In this document: positions 46,642 through 56,544 of the stretch, in pieces
Layout: each line of letters begins with the position of its first letter
Numbering within the stretch: the first letter of the stretch is position 1
Virus record (IMG/VR): IMGVR_UViG_3300045988_126112
Span: 64,001 to 128,000 of that record
DNA: 64,000 nucleotides
Source: a virus
Reading direction: 5' to 3' (one strand)
Made by a program: the position numbers and the translations under genes
The notes under the pieces: model-generated
The model's input: only the letters and a program-made list of their open reading frames with translations
What the model was told of the DNA's origin: nothing
Database searches by the model: none

Positions 46642-47943
46642 TTATCGCATTTTAGTCATAAGAGTTATCATTTTTCTGAAATCATTATCACTAGATTCTC
46701 TTTCTAGTGATCTAAATGAAAGTCTCTCATAAACATCATTACCAGTATCATAAATGAAGTCACATACTTCATTTAATTCATCTACTATAACAACAGACAT
46801 TAAATTGTAAGATTCCATTATAGGTCTTATTACTCTAGGATTATCTATATGAACATTGTAATTCTTTTTAAGATATTGTACTTCTTCTTGAGAAACTACT
46901 AATGTAGTTATAGCACTAGCATCATTTGGTTGACCTAAAGTTCTTCTTATTTTAGATTTCAAAGAACGTCTTTCTAATACTTTCCATAATTTAGAACTTG
47001 AACCTCTACGTGATTGAGATAAAGCATCTATTTTTGCTTTATCAATAGCAAATAAGAAATCTTTAACAAAAGATATTTCTCTTGTAGTAGCTCTTATGAA
47101 TTTTAAAAATCCATTATTATCTACATTTTTAGAGTATAATCTTTCTACTACATCCATAGAATCTATAGGATATAGTTTTGCTTTTACACCTATAACTAAT
47201 CTATTTTGTATAGGCATTCCATCAGTATTAGTAACAAAGTTTACTATCATTACAGTTGGTACTAATTCATTAGCTTTTTTAACATCTGAATCCATTAATT
47301 GATTTCTAAGAATATCAACATGATTTTTTGAACCTTTAAAATCCATATCTAAATAACGTTCTTCATCATAGTCTATAGGAGGAGCTTCATATAATATAGC
47401 ACTTTGACTACCATCATATTTTGAAGCTACTATCTTATAATTTTCTAATGAAATATTATTTACTGATTCTGGAAGTACATAACTTATATTATGTTTAAAA
47501 TCTTCTTTAAGCAAATCAAGTTTTTCTCTATATTCAATTGGATTGATATTAGCATTTTCATCTGCAGCTGACATTATTAAGTCATCCATTAAATTCATAA
47601 AACTATCAACAGACATTTTATCGTCTATTTTTAGATTAGTATGGAATTTCTTAATATAATCTAATCCATTATTAGTATTATTTACTGATATAGCAGAAAA
47701 AAGCATCTGTAACATAGATACAGCTTTACGTTCAACAGCTTTAGCTACCATTGTTGCATTTTCTACACTTATGTTTCTAACTGTCGCTACTGGAAAGACT
47801 AATGTTAATGCATCTGAAGCATGCGAAATAGATTTGAAACTGTCATTAGCAGTCATACCCTTAATGTAATCTGATTTTCTAACATCATTTATAACGTCTA
47901 TAATATCTCTTATAACTGTTTCATGTATTATATCATTTGACAT
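46642..47943 (-). CDS. Hypothetical late protein (433 aa)
   Basis: ORF track; AAAGGAGG upstream; class II box at 47969-47982. Confidence 0.7.
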   Translation of the reverse strand: MSNDIIHETVIRDIIDVINDVRKSDYIKGMTANDSFKSISHASDALTLVFPVATVRNISVENATMVAKAVERKAVSMLQMLFSAISVNNTNNGLDYIKKFHTNLKIDDKMSVDSFMNLMDDLIMSAADENANINPIEYREKLDLLKEDFKHNISYVLPESVNNISLENYKIVASKYDGSQSAILYEAPPIDYDEERYLDMDFKGSKNHVDILRNQLMDSDVKKANELVPTVMIVNFVTNTDGMPIQNRLVIGVKAKLYPIDSMDVVERLYSKNVDNNGFLKFIRATTREISFVKDFLFAIDKAKIDALSQSRRGSSSKLWKVLERRSLKSKIRRTLGQPNDASAITTLVVSQEEVQYLKKNYNVHIDNPRVIRPIMESYNLMSVVIVDELNEVCDFIYDTGNDVYERLSFRSLERESSDNDFRKMITLMTKMR

Positions 47944-47968
47944 TAATCATACCTCCTTTAATAATATT

Positions 47969-47982
47969 TTAATATAATGTTA
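47969..47982 (-). promoter_or_regulatory. Class II box
   Basis: Minus strand reads tttTAACAttatatTAAaat. The 15-mer TTAACATTATATTAA is identical to the copy at 52175-52189. Confidence 0.55.
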
Positions 47983-48031
47983 AAAAGACAAAAAATAAAA
48001 GACTTATAAGAAGACTTATTATAATATTATT

Positions 48032-48268
48032 CTAAAAGTATGTTATTACATATCTCATAGGTTTAATATCATCTTCTTCTCTTTTTGGTTCCTCAATTTT
48101 GTTACATTTATATTCTTCATGTTGTTTTACAGGTTCAACATAATTAGATGTAGTATCATAAGAATAATTACTTTCGTAACTTCTTTGTTTTCTACGTCTA
48201 TTACTTGAAACTGCACTCCTTCTTATATAAGTGTAACTACTTTCTGCACATAAGCCTCTATTATACAT
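48032..48268 (-). CDS. Hypothetical protein (78 aa)
   Basis: ORF track; GGGAGG upstream; class I box (minus strand) at 48368-48378. Confidence 0.6.
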   Translation of the reverse strand: MYNRGLCAESSYTYIRRSAVSSNRRRKQRSYESNYSYDTTSNYVEPVKQHEEYKCNKIEEPKREEDDIKPMRYVITYF

Positions 48269-48367
48269 ATTAAATTCCTCCCTTTATTCGATCGTATTTG
48301 ATATTTAAACATTAAGTTGGAGGTCGGAATTTTATTACATATAATAAGTTCTTATAAGTCTCACTAT

Positions 48368-48378
48368 TATAATATATA
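48368..48378 (-). promoter_or_regulatory. Class I box
   Basis: Minus strand reads cattTATATATTATAatagTG. 100 nt upstream of the start at 48268. Confidence 0.5.
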
Positions 48379-48400
48379 AATGAAATTTGATTTAATAGAA

Positions 48401-48414
48401 TAACACTAATATAA
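48401..48414 (+). promoter_or_regulatory. Class II box
   Basis: aatagaaTAACActaataTAAttt. Shares the aatagaaTAACACTA flank with the copy at 423-436. Confidence 0.55.
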
Positions 48415-48431
48415 TTTGAAAGGATGTGATT

Positions 48432-49529
48432 ATGATGGCTAAAACCAAGAAGAATAAAAAAGATGACGAATTAATTAAATTATCTAGAGAGTCTAAAATA
48501 CAATCCAGTATAGATAAAAATGGTAACGTCTTACATTTAGGGAAAAGTGGCTATCTTAAAGAGACTGGAGCTTTAGATAATAAGACATTAACAGAGATAC
48601 AGCAAGCTGATTTTATACAAAATTCTTCAGATATGAATTGGCTTACTAGATTTAATAGGTTAAGTTATTTGGACCCATATAATACTTTAACTCATAATAA
48701 AGAATATATATTTATAACTAAACCAGACTTACATTTATTTGAAGGTAAAAGTAGTAGTGCTTTAAATAGTGAAATAAAAGATAATACTTATTTTTTAGAC
48801 ATGTTTGAAAGATATAGACATGTAATGAAACAACTACAATATTCTGTAAATACTTCTAATCCTTATTTATGTATACTTTCTAATTCAGTAGCATCATCTA
48901 TTGAATTACCTTCTATAAATAGTTTGGAATCAGAATCTCCAGAGAATTTATATGGAGATAAAATATCATATAGACATGGCTCTGCAGCTGGAGATGTTGG
49001 ATTTGAATTCTCTTTAGAATTTTATGAAACTAAAAATTTGGAAATATATAATCTATTTAAAATGTGGGATAAATACTATGAATTAAAATCAAATGGAAGA
49101 ATCACTCCTCCAGATGATTCATATATTTTAAATATGGAATTACATGATCAAGTATCTATATATAAGATAATAGTAGGTGAAGATTATGAAACTATATTAT
49201 TCTATGCTAAATATTATGGTGTATATCCAAAAAGTTTACCTAGAGATAGCTTTGGTTCATTAGATGATGGGAATTTAAAACTAAGTGTAGATTTTAAATC
49301 TTCATTTGTTATAGATAATGACCCACTAATATTAGCTGATTTAAATAAGATATCTTATGGAGATAAAACTGGTAGTGTTGAATTAGAAAGTTTATGGGAT
49401 CATGAAAATGATAGAGTAAATTATAAATGGGTTGGAAAACCATATGTAATCAAATGTAAAGATATAGATAATGGTGAAAACTCAGAAGGAAGTATGGGAA
49501 AATATAAATTGAAATGGGGGAAAAAGTAG
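48432..49529 (+). CDS. Hypothetical late (probably virion) protein (about 365 aa)
   Basis: The track ORF starts at the GTG at 48426. The ATG at 48432 is better spaced from AAAGGA. Class II box at 48401-48414. Confidence 0.7.
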   Translation: MMAKTKKNKKDDELIKLSRESKIQSSIDKNGNVLHLGKSGYLKETGALDNKTLTEIQQADFIQNSSDMNWLTRFNRLSYLDPYNTLTHNKEYIFITKPDLHLFEGKSSSALNSEIKDNTYFLDMFERYRHVMKQLQYSVNTSNPYLCILSNSVASSIELPSINSLESESPENLYGDKISYRHGSAAGDVGFEFSLEFYETKNLEIYNLFKMWDKYYELKSNGRITPPDDSYILNMELHDQVSIYKIIVGEDYETILFYAKYYGVYPKSLPRDSFGSLDDGNLKLSVDFKSSFVIDNDPLILADLNKISYGDKTGSVELESLWDHENDRVNYKWVGKPYVIKCKDIDNGENSEGSMGKYKLKWGKK

Positions 49530-52178
49530 ATGGCAGATATGAATTACTTACCAGATATTTATAAAATAACCGATACAGTTCAAAGTATACAAAAAAATTA
49601 TATTGAGGAAGATGATGTTACTTTAACAATGGGTATCTATGGTTATTTAAATGAAGTCAATGCTAACGCATTACAAAACGCTATATTATTAGCAGCAGAA
49701 TATGGTAATGAAGCATTACCAATACGTGCTAAATATGAAAGAACCATTCTTACAAATGCTATAACTTATGATGTTAAAGATATAAATGCACAGCCAGCTG
49801 TAATGAAAGTTATGTTAGGATTCTTAAAATCTAATCTAGATAATTTTCTTGATTCAAATAAGCAATTAGTTATAGATAGATATTGCGATTTAGCTATTGA
49901 AGAATATAATTTTCATTTAGACTATGATTTAATAATAACAAGAAGAAAATTAATGAATGGAAATATTATATATTCAGCTAGATATGATTTATCTTTCGAT
50001 AATGGTATATCTGATATTACAAACCCATACTTACAATCTCCAATAATAACTTCAGTTCAAGGAGATGAATATTTATTTGTAATATGTGATATAAGACAAA
50101 CATCTTTAGATATACTTACTAATAAAATTATTACTAATAATATACTTGAATCAAAAACATTTGATTTTCAATTCGAAAATCAATTATGTAATTTTAATGT
50201 ATTTGTAAAAGAAAATGGAGTTACAACTAAATTAACGCCAATATATGAAGGTATGCCTTCAACAACAGAAAAATTCTGTTACTTTACTTATGTAAATGAA
50301 AATACAATAAGAGTAAAATTCGATAGAAAATCTTATCAACCAGCTTTAAACTGTGAAATTACAGTAGAAGTTTATACTACATTAGGTAGTGCTGGAAACT
50401 TTTCTTATTCTAAAATATTAATATTACCTTTAGAGTCTGAAAATTATGATTATAGAAATATAAAAGCTATAATAAGACCTATGGCTTCTTCCACTAATGG
50501 AAGAGATAGAAAATCTGTAAATGAATTAAAAAGAATAATACCAAAACGTATGTTAGCACGTGCTGGTATTATAAATACAAAAGATTTACAAAACTATTTT
50601 GATATGTTAGATGTTGATAATAGACTTGTAGTATTTAAGAAAAGAGATAATCAAATAGAAAGATTGTATTATGCATATTTATTAGCTAAAGATGAAAATA
50701 GTGATATAGTTCCTACAAATACTATTGAAATAAATCTTAATACTGAAAACTTTGATATTATCTATAAAGATAGATATATTTTAAAACCTGGTAGAGAGAT
50801 ATTCTATGATAAAAAAGAAATTGGATATTATGATAAAAAATTAATTGGAGAAGAAGAAAAATTAACTGAATGTGAATGCGGCTGTGGTTGTTTAATGGGT
50901 GAAAGACATCCAATATTTACTTATGCATCACCATTTATTACTGTTGTAAACAAATCACCTTTATCTATTTCTTATTATCTTGATGTAATTAATGATACTT
51001 ATATATTCGATTATGATTATATAAATCAACAGTCAGCAATACAATTTGTATCTACTAATATAAACTTATCTAAAAATTATTTAATTAGTGATGATTATGT
51101 ATTTAGAATGAGTTTCACACAAAACTCTACTACTAATGCTGATATAGTAATATATGAAAAAGATGAAGAAGGAAATAAAACTGGTGTTATCTCTGATATA
51201 CTATTAAAACCAGTTTTAGCTATAAGTATAAATGGAACAACTTATTATGTTAAAGGTGACATAGTAAACTTTGAAGAAAATACTTTCACTTATGAAACAG
51301 AATTTAGATTATCTACTAATAGCTGTTTAATAAATGAAAAAAATCAAATTCAAATAGTTAATCTAATAAGAAGTGGTGAATCTAGAGAAGAAAGTGTATT
51401 TGTTGATGAAATAATTCATATATCTGTATATGCTTTCTTAGAAAACTCATTAATTAGTGATAAAGATACTACTTATAATCCTGATATAGTAGTACCTGAA
51501 TATAATATAAATTATTCAGTTGTAAATAAATATCTAATAAATGAAGATATGCATTTATTTTATAATTATTCATCTACAATTAATTCAGTTTGTAAAGTTA
51601 ATAAACCTAATGAAGGTACTGAAACTGAAAGTTATAATTTCAGTTTAAAATCAATACCATTAATCAGACATGATTATATAAATAATAGCTATAAACTAAA
51701 TGAATTTATTAGTTATTTACAATATAGAAAATCGTATATTGATAAAGCACAAGAAATAATGGAAGATTCATTCAATATAGATTTAAAATTCTTTAACACA
51801 TATGGTCCATCTAAATTATTTAAGATTGGTAGAAAATCTGAAGAATTAGATAGAGTTAATTTAACTCTAAACTTCATTGTAAAATTAATATTGTCTTCAA
51901 ATGCTGAAGTTATATATTCTATTAAAGATAGTATAAAAGCATATATAGAAGATATAAATAAATTAACTAGTGTGCATATGAGTAATATCTGTTCTCATAT
52001 AAAACAACAATATGATTCTGATATAGATTTCATAGAATTTGTTGGAATGAATCATTATAATTCAAATTATCAATATCTTGAAAAGAATGAACCAGATATT
52101 TTAACTGATGTACCAGAGTTTATAAATGTTAACTTAAACGCTAATTTAGAGCCAGACATAAACATCACCATAATTTAA
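49530..52178 (+). CDS. Hypothetical large late (probably virion) protein (882 aa)
   Basis: ORF track. TAG-ATG abutting the previous gene suggests translational coupling. No family recognised. Confidence 0.75.
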   Translation: MADMNYLPDIYKITDTVQSIQKNYIEEDDVTLTMGIYGYLNEVNANALQNAILLAAEYGNEALPIRAKYERTILTNAITYDVKDINAQPAVMKVMLGFLKSNLDNFLDSNKQLVIDRYCDLAIEEYNFHLDYDLIITRRKLMNGNIIYSARYDLSFDNGISDITNPYLQSPIITSVQGDEYLFVICDIRQTSLDILTNKIITNNILESKTFDFQFENQLCNFNVFVKENGVTTKLTPIYEGMPSTTEKFCYFTYVNENTIRVKFDRKSYQPALNCEITVEVYTTLGSAGNFSYSKILILPLESENYDYRNIKAIIRPMASSTNGRDRKSVNELKRIIPKRMLARAGIINTKDLQNYFDMLDVDNRLVVFKKRDNQIERLYYAYLLAKDENSDIVPTNTIEINLNTENFDIIYKDRYILKPGREIFYDKKEIGYYDKKLIGEEEKLTECECGCGCLMGERHPIFTYASPFITVVNKSPLSISYYLDVINDTYIFDYDYINQQSAIQFVSTNINLSKNYLISDDYVFRMSFTQNSTTNADIVIYEKDEEGNKTGVISDILLKPVLAISINGTTYYVKGDIVNFEENTFTYETEFRLSTNSCLINEKNQIQIVNLIRSGESREESVFVDEIIHISVYAFLENSLISDKDTTYNPDIVVPEYNINYSVVNKYLINEDMHLFYNYSSTINSVCKVNKPNEGTETESYNFSLKSIPLIRHDYINNSYKLNEFISYLQYRKSYIDKAQEIMEDSFNIDLKFFNTYGPSKLFKIGRKSEELDRVNLTLNFIVKLILSSNAEVIYSIKDSIKAYIEDINKLTSVHMSNICSHIKQQYDSDIDFIEFVGMNHYNSNYQYLEKNEPDILTDVPEFINVNLNANLEPDINITII

Positions 52179-52189
52179 CATTATATTAA
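52176..52189 (+). promoter_or_regulatory. Class II box
   Basis: aattTAACAttatatTAAtat. Overlaps the stop codon of 49530..52178; 26 nt before the ATG at 52213. Confidence 0.55.
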
Positions 52190-52212
52190 TATTAGTAAAG
52201 GAGGAGAATTTA

Positions 52213-53139
52213 ATGGATACATTAAATATTATAAACAATTATAATGCAGAAGATTATATTACAGCAAGTTTAATAAGTCAACTTAATGAAGGAGAAATAA
52301 AAGATAGAAATGTAGATGAAAATGATGATATAAGAAATATATTAATGGAAATGCATCTACAAGGAAATCAAGCTAGCTTAGAATTAGATAAATTTAAAAC
52401 TAAAGTAAGAGATGATTTATTATTTGAAGCTATATATTATGTATATAAACCAACATTAAAAGATAGAATTTCACCAAGAACTGAAGCTCTATCTAAAACT
52501 TTAGTAAAAGATTTTATAGCTGAAAATGGAAGTTATGAACTTTTAAAAAGATATAAACATGAATCAGCATTTTTATCTAATCTTTATTCTATAATTGAAA
52601 ATTATGCTGGTATGATATTAGAAAAAGTAGATAAAGATAATGTAAATACTTTCTCTATAGATACAGATTTAAAAGATGATTTCTTTAATACATTAGAAGC
52701 AGAAGATTTCCAATCTATATCTACATTAGTTAATCAAAGAATTGCTGGAGCTATAGATGAATTTATAATTGATAATCAACAAACTAAAGCTCAAATAAGA
52801 GATATAGTAGCTCAAACTAAAGAAAGAATAGACACTAAACAAAATATGCCTCAAGATATAGAAGAGGCTTATAATGAACAATGTAAAACTAGAATAGCTA
52901 ATTTAAAACGTAATAAAACTAAAACTGTTCTTGAAGCATTAATATACAATATAGCTGAATCAGCTATAAGAAAACCAGAATTAAGAGAAGTATATTTCTC
53001 TGGTAATAAACCAGATATGGATTTAATAGTAGATGAAGCTACTACAGTATATTCTTTATTAGAAACTCTAAACACTTATAAATTTGCTAGAGTAAATGAA
53101 GATTATATAGTTAAAACTTTAGATAGTTTTAGAATGTAA
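52213..53139 (+). CDS. Hypothetical late protein (308 aa)
   Basis: ORF track; AAAGGAGG upstream; class II box at 52176-52189; bidirectional terminator at 53143-53182. Confidence 0.7.
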   Translation: MDTLNIINNYNAEDYITASLISQLNEGEIKDRNVDENDDIRNILMEMHLQGNQASLELDKFKTKVRDDLLFEAIYYVYKPTLKDRISPRTEALSKTLVKDFIAENGSYELLKRYKHESAFLSNLYSIIENYAGMILEKVDKDNVNTFSIDTDLKDDFFNTLEAEDFQSISTLVNQRIAGAIDEFIIDNQQTKAQIRDIVAQTKERIDTKQNMPQDIEEAYNEQCKTRIANLKRNKTKTVLEALIYNIAESAIRKPELREVYFSGNKPDMDLIVDEATTVYSLLETLNTYKFARVNEDYIVKTLDSFRM

Positions 53140-53142
53140 ATA

Positions 53143-53182
53143 AAAGCCCCATAGGTTGTTAGACCTATGGGGTATCTTTTTA
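53143..53182. terminator. Bidirectional terminator at a convergent junction
   Basis: ccccatagg/cctatgggg stem flanked by A/T runs on both sides. Confidence 0.7.
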
Positions 53183-53572
53183 TAAATATATAGTAAAATC
53201 TTTTGATGAAAAATTAGTTATATTGAATAATAAATTTAAATAAGTATTATCATTAATACAATATTTAGCCTTACACTTACATGAACTAAGTATATTTTGT
53301 ACATAAGGATTATTAAAAAATCTTTTCAATATATTTGAAGTTGTACTAAACGGATCGAAATTTATATCATTTTCAAACTCTAATGAAATAGTTTTAAATC
53401 TACCGTTCATTAAAAAATTTATATTTAAGGGATTTAATGTATTAACAATCTCTTGCTCCAATATTTTCATTGCTGTATCATCTGAATATATATTATTGTG
53501 TATAAATATTAAAAATTTTTTACATTCATCTGTAAATCTCTCATCTATAAAAGGTAATTTATTTTCTACCAT
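53180..53572 (-). CDS. Hypothetical protein (130 aa)
   Basis: ORF track; overlaps the upstream gene end by 14 nt. Confidence 0.6.
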   Translation of the reverse strand: MVENKLPFIDERFTDECKKFLIFIHNNIYSDDTAMKILEQEIVNTLNPLNINFLMNGRFKTISLEFENDINFDPFSTTSNILKRFFNNPYVQNILSSCKCKAKYCINDNTYLNLLFNITNFSSKDFTIYL

Positions 53573-54278
53573 AATAACTCAACTCACTCTCTTCTGGAAA
53601 ATTTTTTCTTTTAGATACTTGATTATATTGAAATTTATTATAAAACATATTTAAGTATCTAATATTGATTTCAATTCTAGGTAATATGGAATAATACTTA
53701 TGTACTGACCCATCTATTATTAAATCATCATCAAGCCATACATTAGCATTAAACATATCTGTATATTTTTTACCAGCATTATCCCAGTCTGGTTTCTTTA
53801 TGGGTCTTATCATTCCCATTTCTGCTAAAAATGTATCAGCAGCGTTAAATCCTTTTGGTGTTTCTATATACATTGTAATATCTACAATGCATGGAGTACA
53901 TATTAAACTTTCTAACTCATCAAACTCTTCTTTTTCCATTAATCTTTTTATATACATATTATCTTCTTTTGCACATGGCATATAAACATGTATAAAATTA
54001 CTATTATTTTTTGCCATATCTGCTAAATTATATCTATTAACTAATCTAGCTCTTGGTCTTTCTGACCCTTCTGGTTCTTCATACAATACTACATTATAAT
54101 CTTTATAGTATAGATTATTAAGCATTCCATTTCTTTTTTCCAATATTTCATTTTGTTTCTTTTCATTTATATTTAATTTATCATACAAATAGCTTAATCT
54201 CTCATTATAATCTTGTGGAATATCACCATATTTATTATAATAATTGACAGCTTTTTCTATTCTACTTTTTTTACTCAC
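53559..54278 (-). CDS. rusA: RusA-like Holliday junction resolvase (239 aa), GTG start
   Basis: ERPRARLV... then KKPDWDNAGKKYTDMFNANVWLDDDLIIDGSVHKYYS, which matches the RusA signature (PDxDN..K...D.L......DD..V......K). AAGGAGG 9 nt upstream of the GTG. Class II box at 54305-54318. Confidence 0.6.
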   Translation of the reverse strand: MSKKSRIEKAVNYYNKYGDIPQDYNERLSYLYDKLNINEKKQNEILEKRNGMLNNLYYKDYNVVLYEEPEGSERPRARLVNRYNLADMAKNNSNFIHVYMPCAKEDNMYIKRLMEKEEFDELESLICTPCIVDITMYIETPKGFNAADTFLAEMGMIRPIKKPDWDNAGKKYTDMFNANVWLDDDLIIDGSVHKYYSILPRIEINIRYLNMFYNKFQYNQVSKRKNFPEESELSYYGRK

Positions 54279-54304
54279 ATGGATATACCTCCTTTTATAT
54301 AATT

Positions 54305-54318
54305 TTAATAAATTGTTA
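54305..54318 (-). promoter_or_regulatory. Class II box
   Basis: Minus strand reads tggTAACAatttatTAAaat. 29 nt before the GTG at 54278. Confidence 0.5.
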
Positions 54319-54338
54319 CCAATTTAATTATTTTTGAC

Positions 54339-56480
54339 TTATTGAGAAGGTAATAATTTATGATATAAATTTTCACCAAGAGAATCTACTTTAACTTGTA
54401 ATCCAACTAATCCATTTCCGAATAATGTTTTCTTACCAGCAGACCATAATCTATTTAAATCTAGTTCTATAGCTCTCATTATATCTGGTTTATTTACATT
54501 TATACCACATAAATTGGCTATATAATCTAATTGATCTACGTTTTTACTTAATCCAACATAATCATTTTTAGGTGACATAGATAATGATTGATATAAATCT
54601 TTTATACTAATACTTATATCAACATCTAATGGTAATGCTGATAAAGTCCATTTAGATTTTTCACCTCTTGTTATACTCAAACTTGATATAATTCCCATAT
54701 TTACATTAAATTGCCCTTTATAAAAAGCTCTAACTAAAAATGGTGATTGAATACCATTATATCCTAATTGTCTTGGTAATGTAAAAGCTAATAGATGTAT
54801 TAATGGTACACCTATATTTAAATACCAACTATATGGATCTCCATCTGGAGTTCTAAGTTTAATATTTATATCATAACTTCTACTGAAATCAGAATCATTC
54901 CATATTTCTGGGAATACTAATTGCCCACCAACTTTTATAGTATCTAATGTATTTCTTAATCTACTAGTTAATAGAGCTGGTAAAACTTGTATATATTTAT
55001 CTGTAAAAGATGTTATTTGGTCAAAAGCATCTGAAAAGTTATTAGTTAATAATTGATTATATGCTGTACCAGTTGCTCCACCCATTAAGAATCCTATTTC
55101 TCTTGATAAATTATTAACTTGATTTATTGAATTTGCAAATTCAGATTCTGCAGTACTATTACTAAAACTTTCAGACATTTGTGATTCAGCATCTACATAA
55201 AAACCTACAGCTTGAACTAATCCAGATATATTCTTTAAATATCTAGATTGATAATTTTCCCATGACATTTGACCAAGAGAAGATTTATCAAACAATGCTC
55301 TTGTTGTATAGATATATTTATTAGCTATACCTAAATATATAGCCATTTCTTGTAACATTGCATCTACATAGTTAAAATACTCAGAATAAGCATGCTGGAA
55401 AGTATAGAATTTTCCATCTCCTTCTTCACCACTTACATCAGCTAATAATGTTTCTGCAGCACTTATACCACCAGCAACTAATGCTGATAATAAATCATCT
55501 TTAGAATCGTTTGAATAGTTAGGCATATAAGTAGGTATTCCTGGTGATAATACTAATAATGGCATTTTACTTAATATTCTTTCAGCATATAGTCTACCAT
55601 AAGAGCTATCACTTGATAATTTAGGATCCACTAAACTAGAAAATTGATATGGCATACCATGTATACCTCTAACTATATCACTTGGTATACTATCTTGGTC
55701 ATAATCATTTAATTTACCTTGAAATGCAGCATAATCTATATCATCTCTAGTTAAACTATCATCTTCAGGAATAAATTTATCTGTGCTTACTGAAGAGTCT
55801 TCACCATCTCCACCTTCACCACTATCACCTGAACCGCCACTTCCTCCATTACCACTACTATTTTTATGCTTTACAATACTATTATTATTTATTTCACTTA
55901 CTTTTGCTTCACCAGATTTTACATCAGTAGCTTTTATATACGTATTACTAGTTGTCTTATAACAAACATATCCATGTTTATCTTTTTTAGGAGTTGGGTT
56001 TTGCATTGTTGGTTTCTTTGAACTATATTCAACATAACACCATCCATCAGTTATACCAACTTTACTCATACTTACTATAGTATTAACTGGTATAGTTCCT
56101 AAAGAAGTTTTACTTTCTCTAGTTTTCCATACTGTAACTTTTTTAACTACAGTTCCAGTAGCTTTTATACTACTAGCATTAAAAGTTCTTAATTGGAATC
56201 CTGTTGTTGGATCCCCTTTAACTCCACCTTGTGCTTTATATGCTTCAGTAACACCTTTACCACTAACATGAATGCTACCATTAATCATATATAAGCACCA
56301 TCCAGTACCTAATTTTGAATGTTTTACTTTACAATACCAGTTTGTTTTATTATATCTTAATACTGTAACTTTATCTCCTGCACTCATTACTCCTATTTTT
56401 TTAGAACTCTGAGATGTACCTTCTCTTAAAGTTGTAGCTATTTCTATTACAGCACTTCCACCTTTAACATAATTAGCCAT
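54339..56480 (-). CDS. Tail/baseplate-associated protein (713 aa): N-terminal SH3-like repeats, G/S-rich linker, large C-terminal domain
   Basis: Repeats: GDKVTVLRYNKTNWYCKVKH..GTGWCLY and VGITDGWCYVEY. Linker: SSGNGGSGGSGDSGEGGDGEDS. Lies immediately downstream of the tape-measure-like gene. Confidence 0.55.
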   Translation of the reverse strand: MANYVKGGSAVIEIATTLREGTSQSSKKIGVMSAGDKVTVLRYNKTNWYCKVKHSKLGTGWCLYMINGSIHVSGKGVTEAYKAQGGVKGDPTTGFQLRTFNASSIKATGTVVKKVTVWKTRESKTSLGTIPVNTIVSMSKVGITDGWCYVEYSSKKPTMQNPTPKKDKHGYVCYKTTSNTYIKATDVKSGEAKVSEINNNSIVKHKNSSGNGGSGGSGDSGEGGDGEDSSVSTDKFIPEDDSLTRDDIDYAAFQGKLNDYDQDSIPSDIVRGIHGMPYQFSSLVDPKLSSDSSYGRLYAERILSKMPLLVLSPGIPTYMPNYSNDSKDDLLSALVAGGISAAETLLADVSGEEGDGKFYTFQHAYSEYFNYVDAMLQEMAIYLGIANKYIYTTRALFDKSSLGQMSWENYQSRYLKNISGLVQAVGFYVDAESQMSESFSNSTAESEFANSINQVNNLSREIGFLMGGATGTAYNQLLTNNFSDAFDQITSFTDKYIQVLPALLTSRLRNTLDTIKVGGQLVFPEIWNDSDFSRSYDINIKLRTPDGDPYSWYLNIGVPLIHLLAFTLPRQLGYNGIQSPFLVRAFYKGQFNVNMGIISSLSITRGEKSKWTLSALPLDVDISISIKDLYQSLSMSPKNDYVGLSKNVDQLDYIANLCGINVNKPDIMRAIELDLNRLWSAGKKTLFGNGLVGLQVKVDSLGENLYHKLLPSQ

Positions 56481-56494
56481 AATATCACTCTCCT

Positions 56495-56538
56495 TTTTTT
56501 ATAATAAAGTTCGGAAAGGATTATTCTCCTTTCCGAAC
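56495..56538 (-). terminator. Hairpin between the giant gene and the 713-aa gene (minus strand)
   Basis: gttcggaaagga/tcctttccgaac 12-bp stem. The minus strand continues tttattataaaaaaa. Confidence 0.6.
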
Positions 56539-56544
56539 CTAGTT

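Noticed and set aside
46636-46646. Plus-strand class I-like box TATATATTATC pointing antisense into the 433-aa late gene (possible antisense promoter).
   Set aside because: The last base deviates, the conserved N4-TG is missing (gcatTT), and no plus-strand gene follows. In DNA this AT-rich, a 10/11 match is not convincing on its own.
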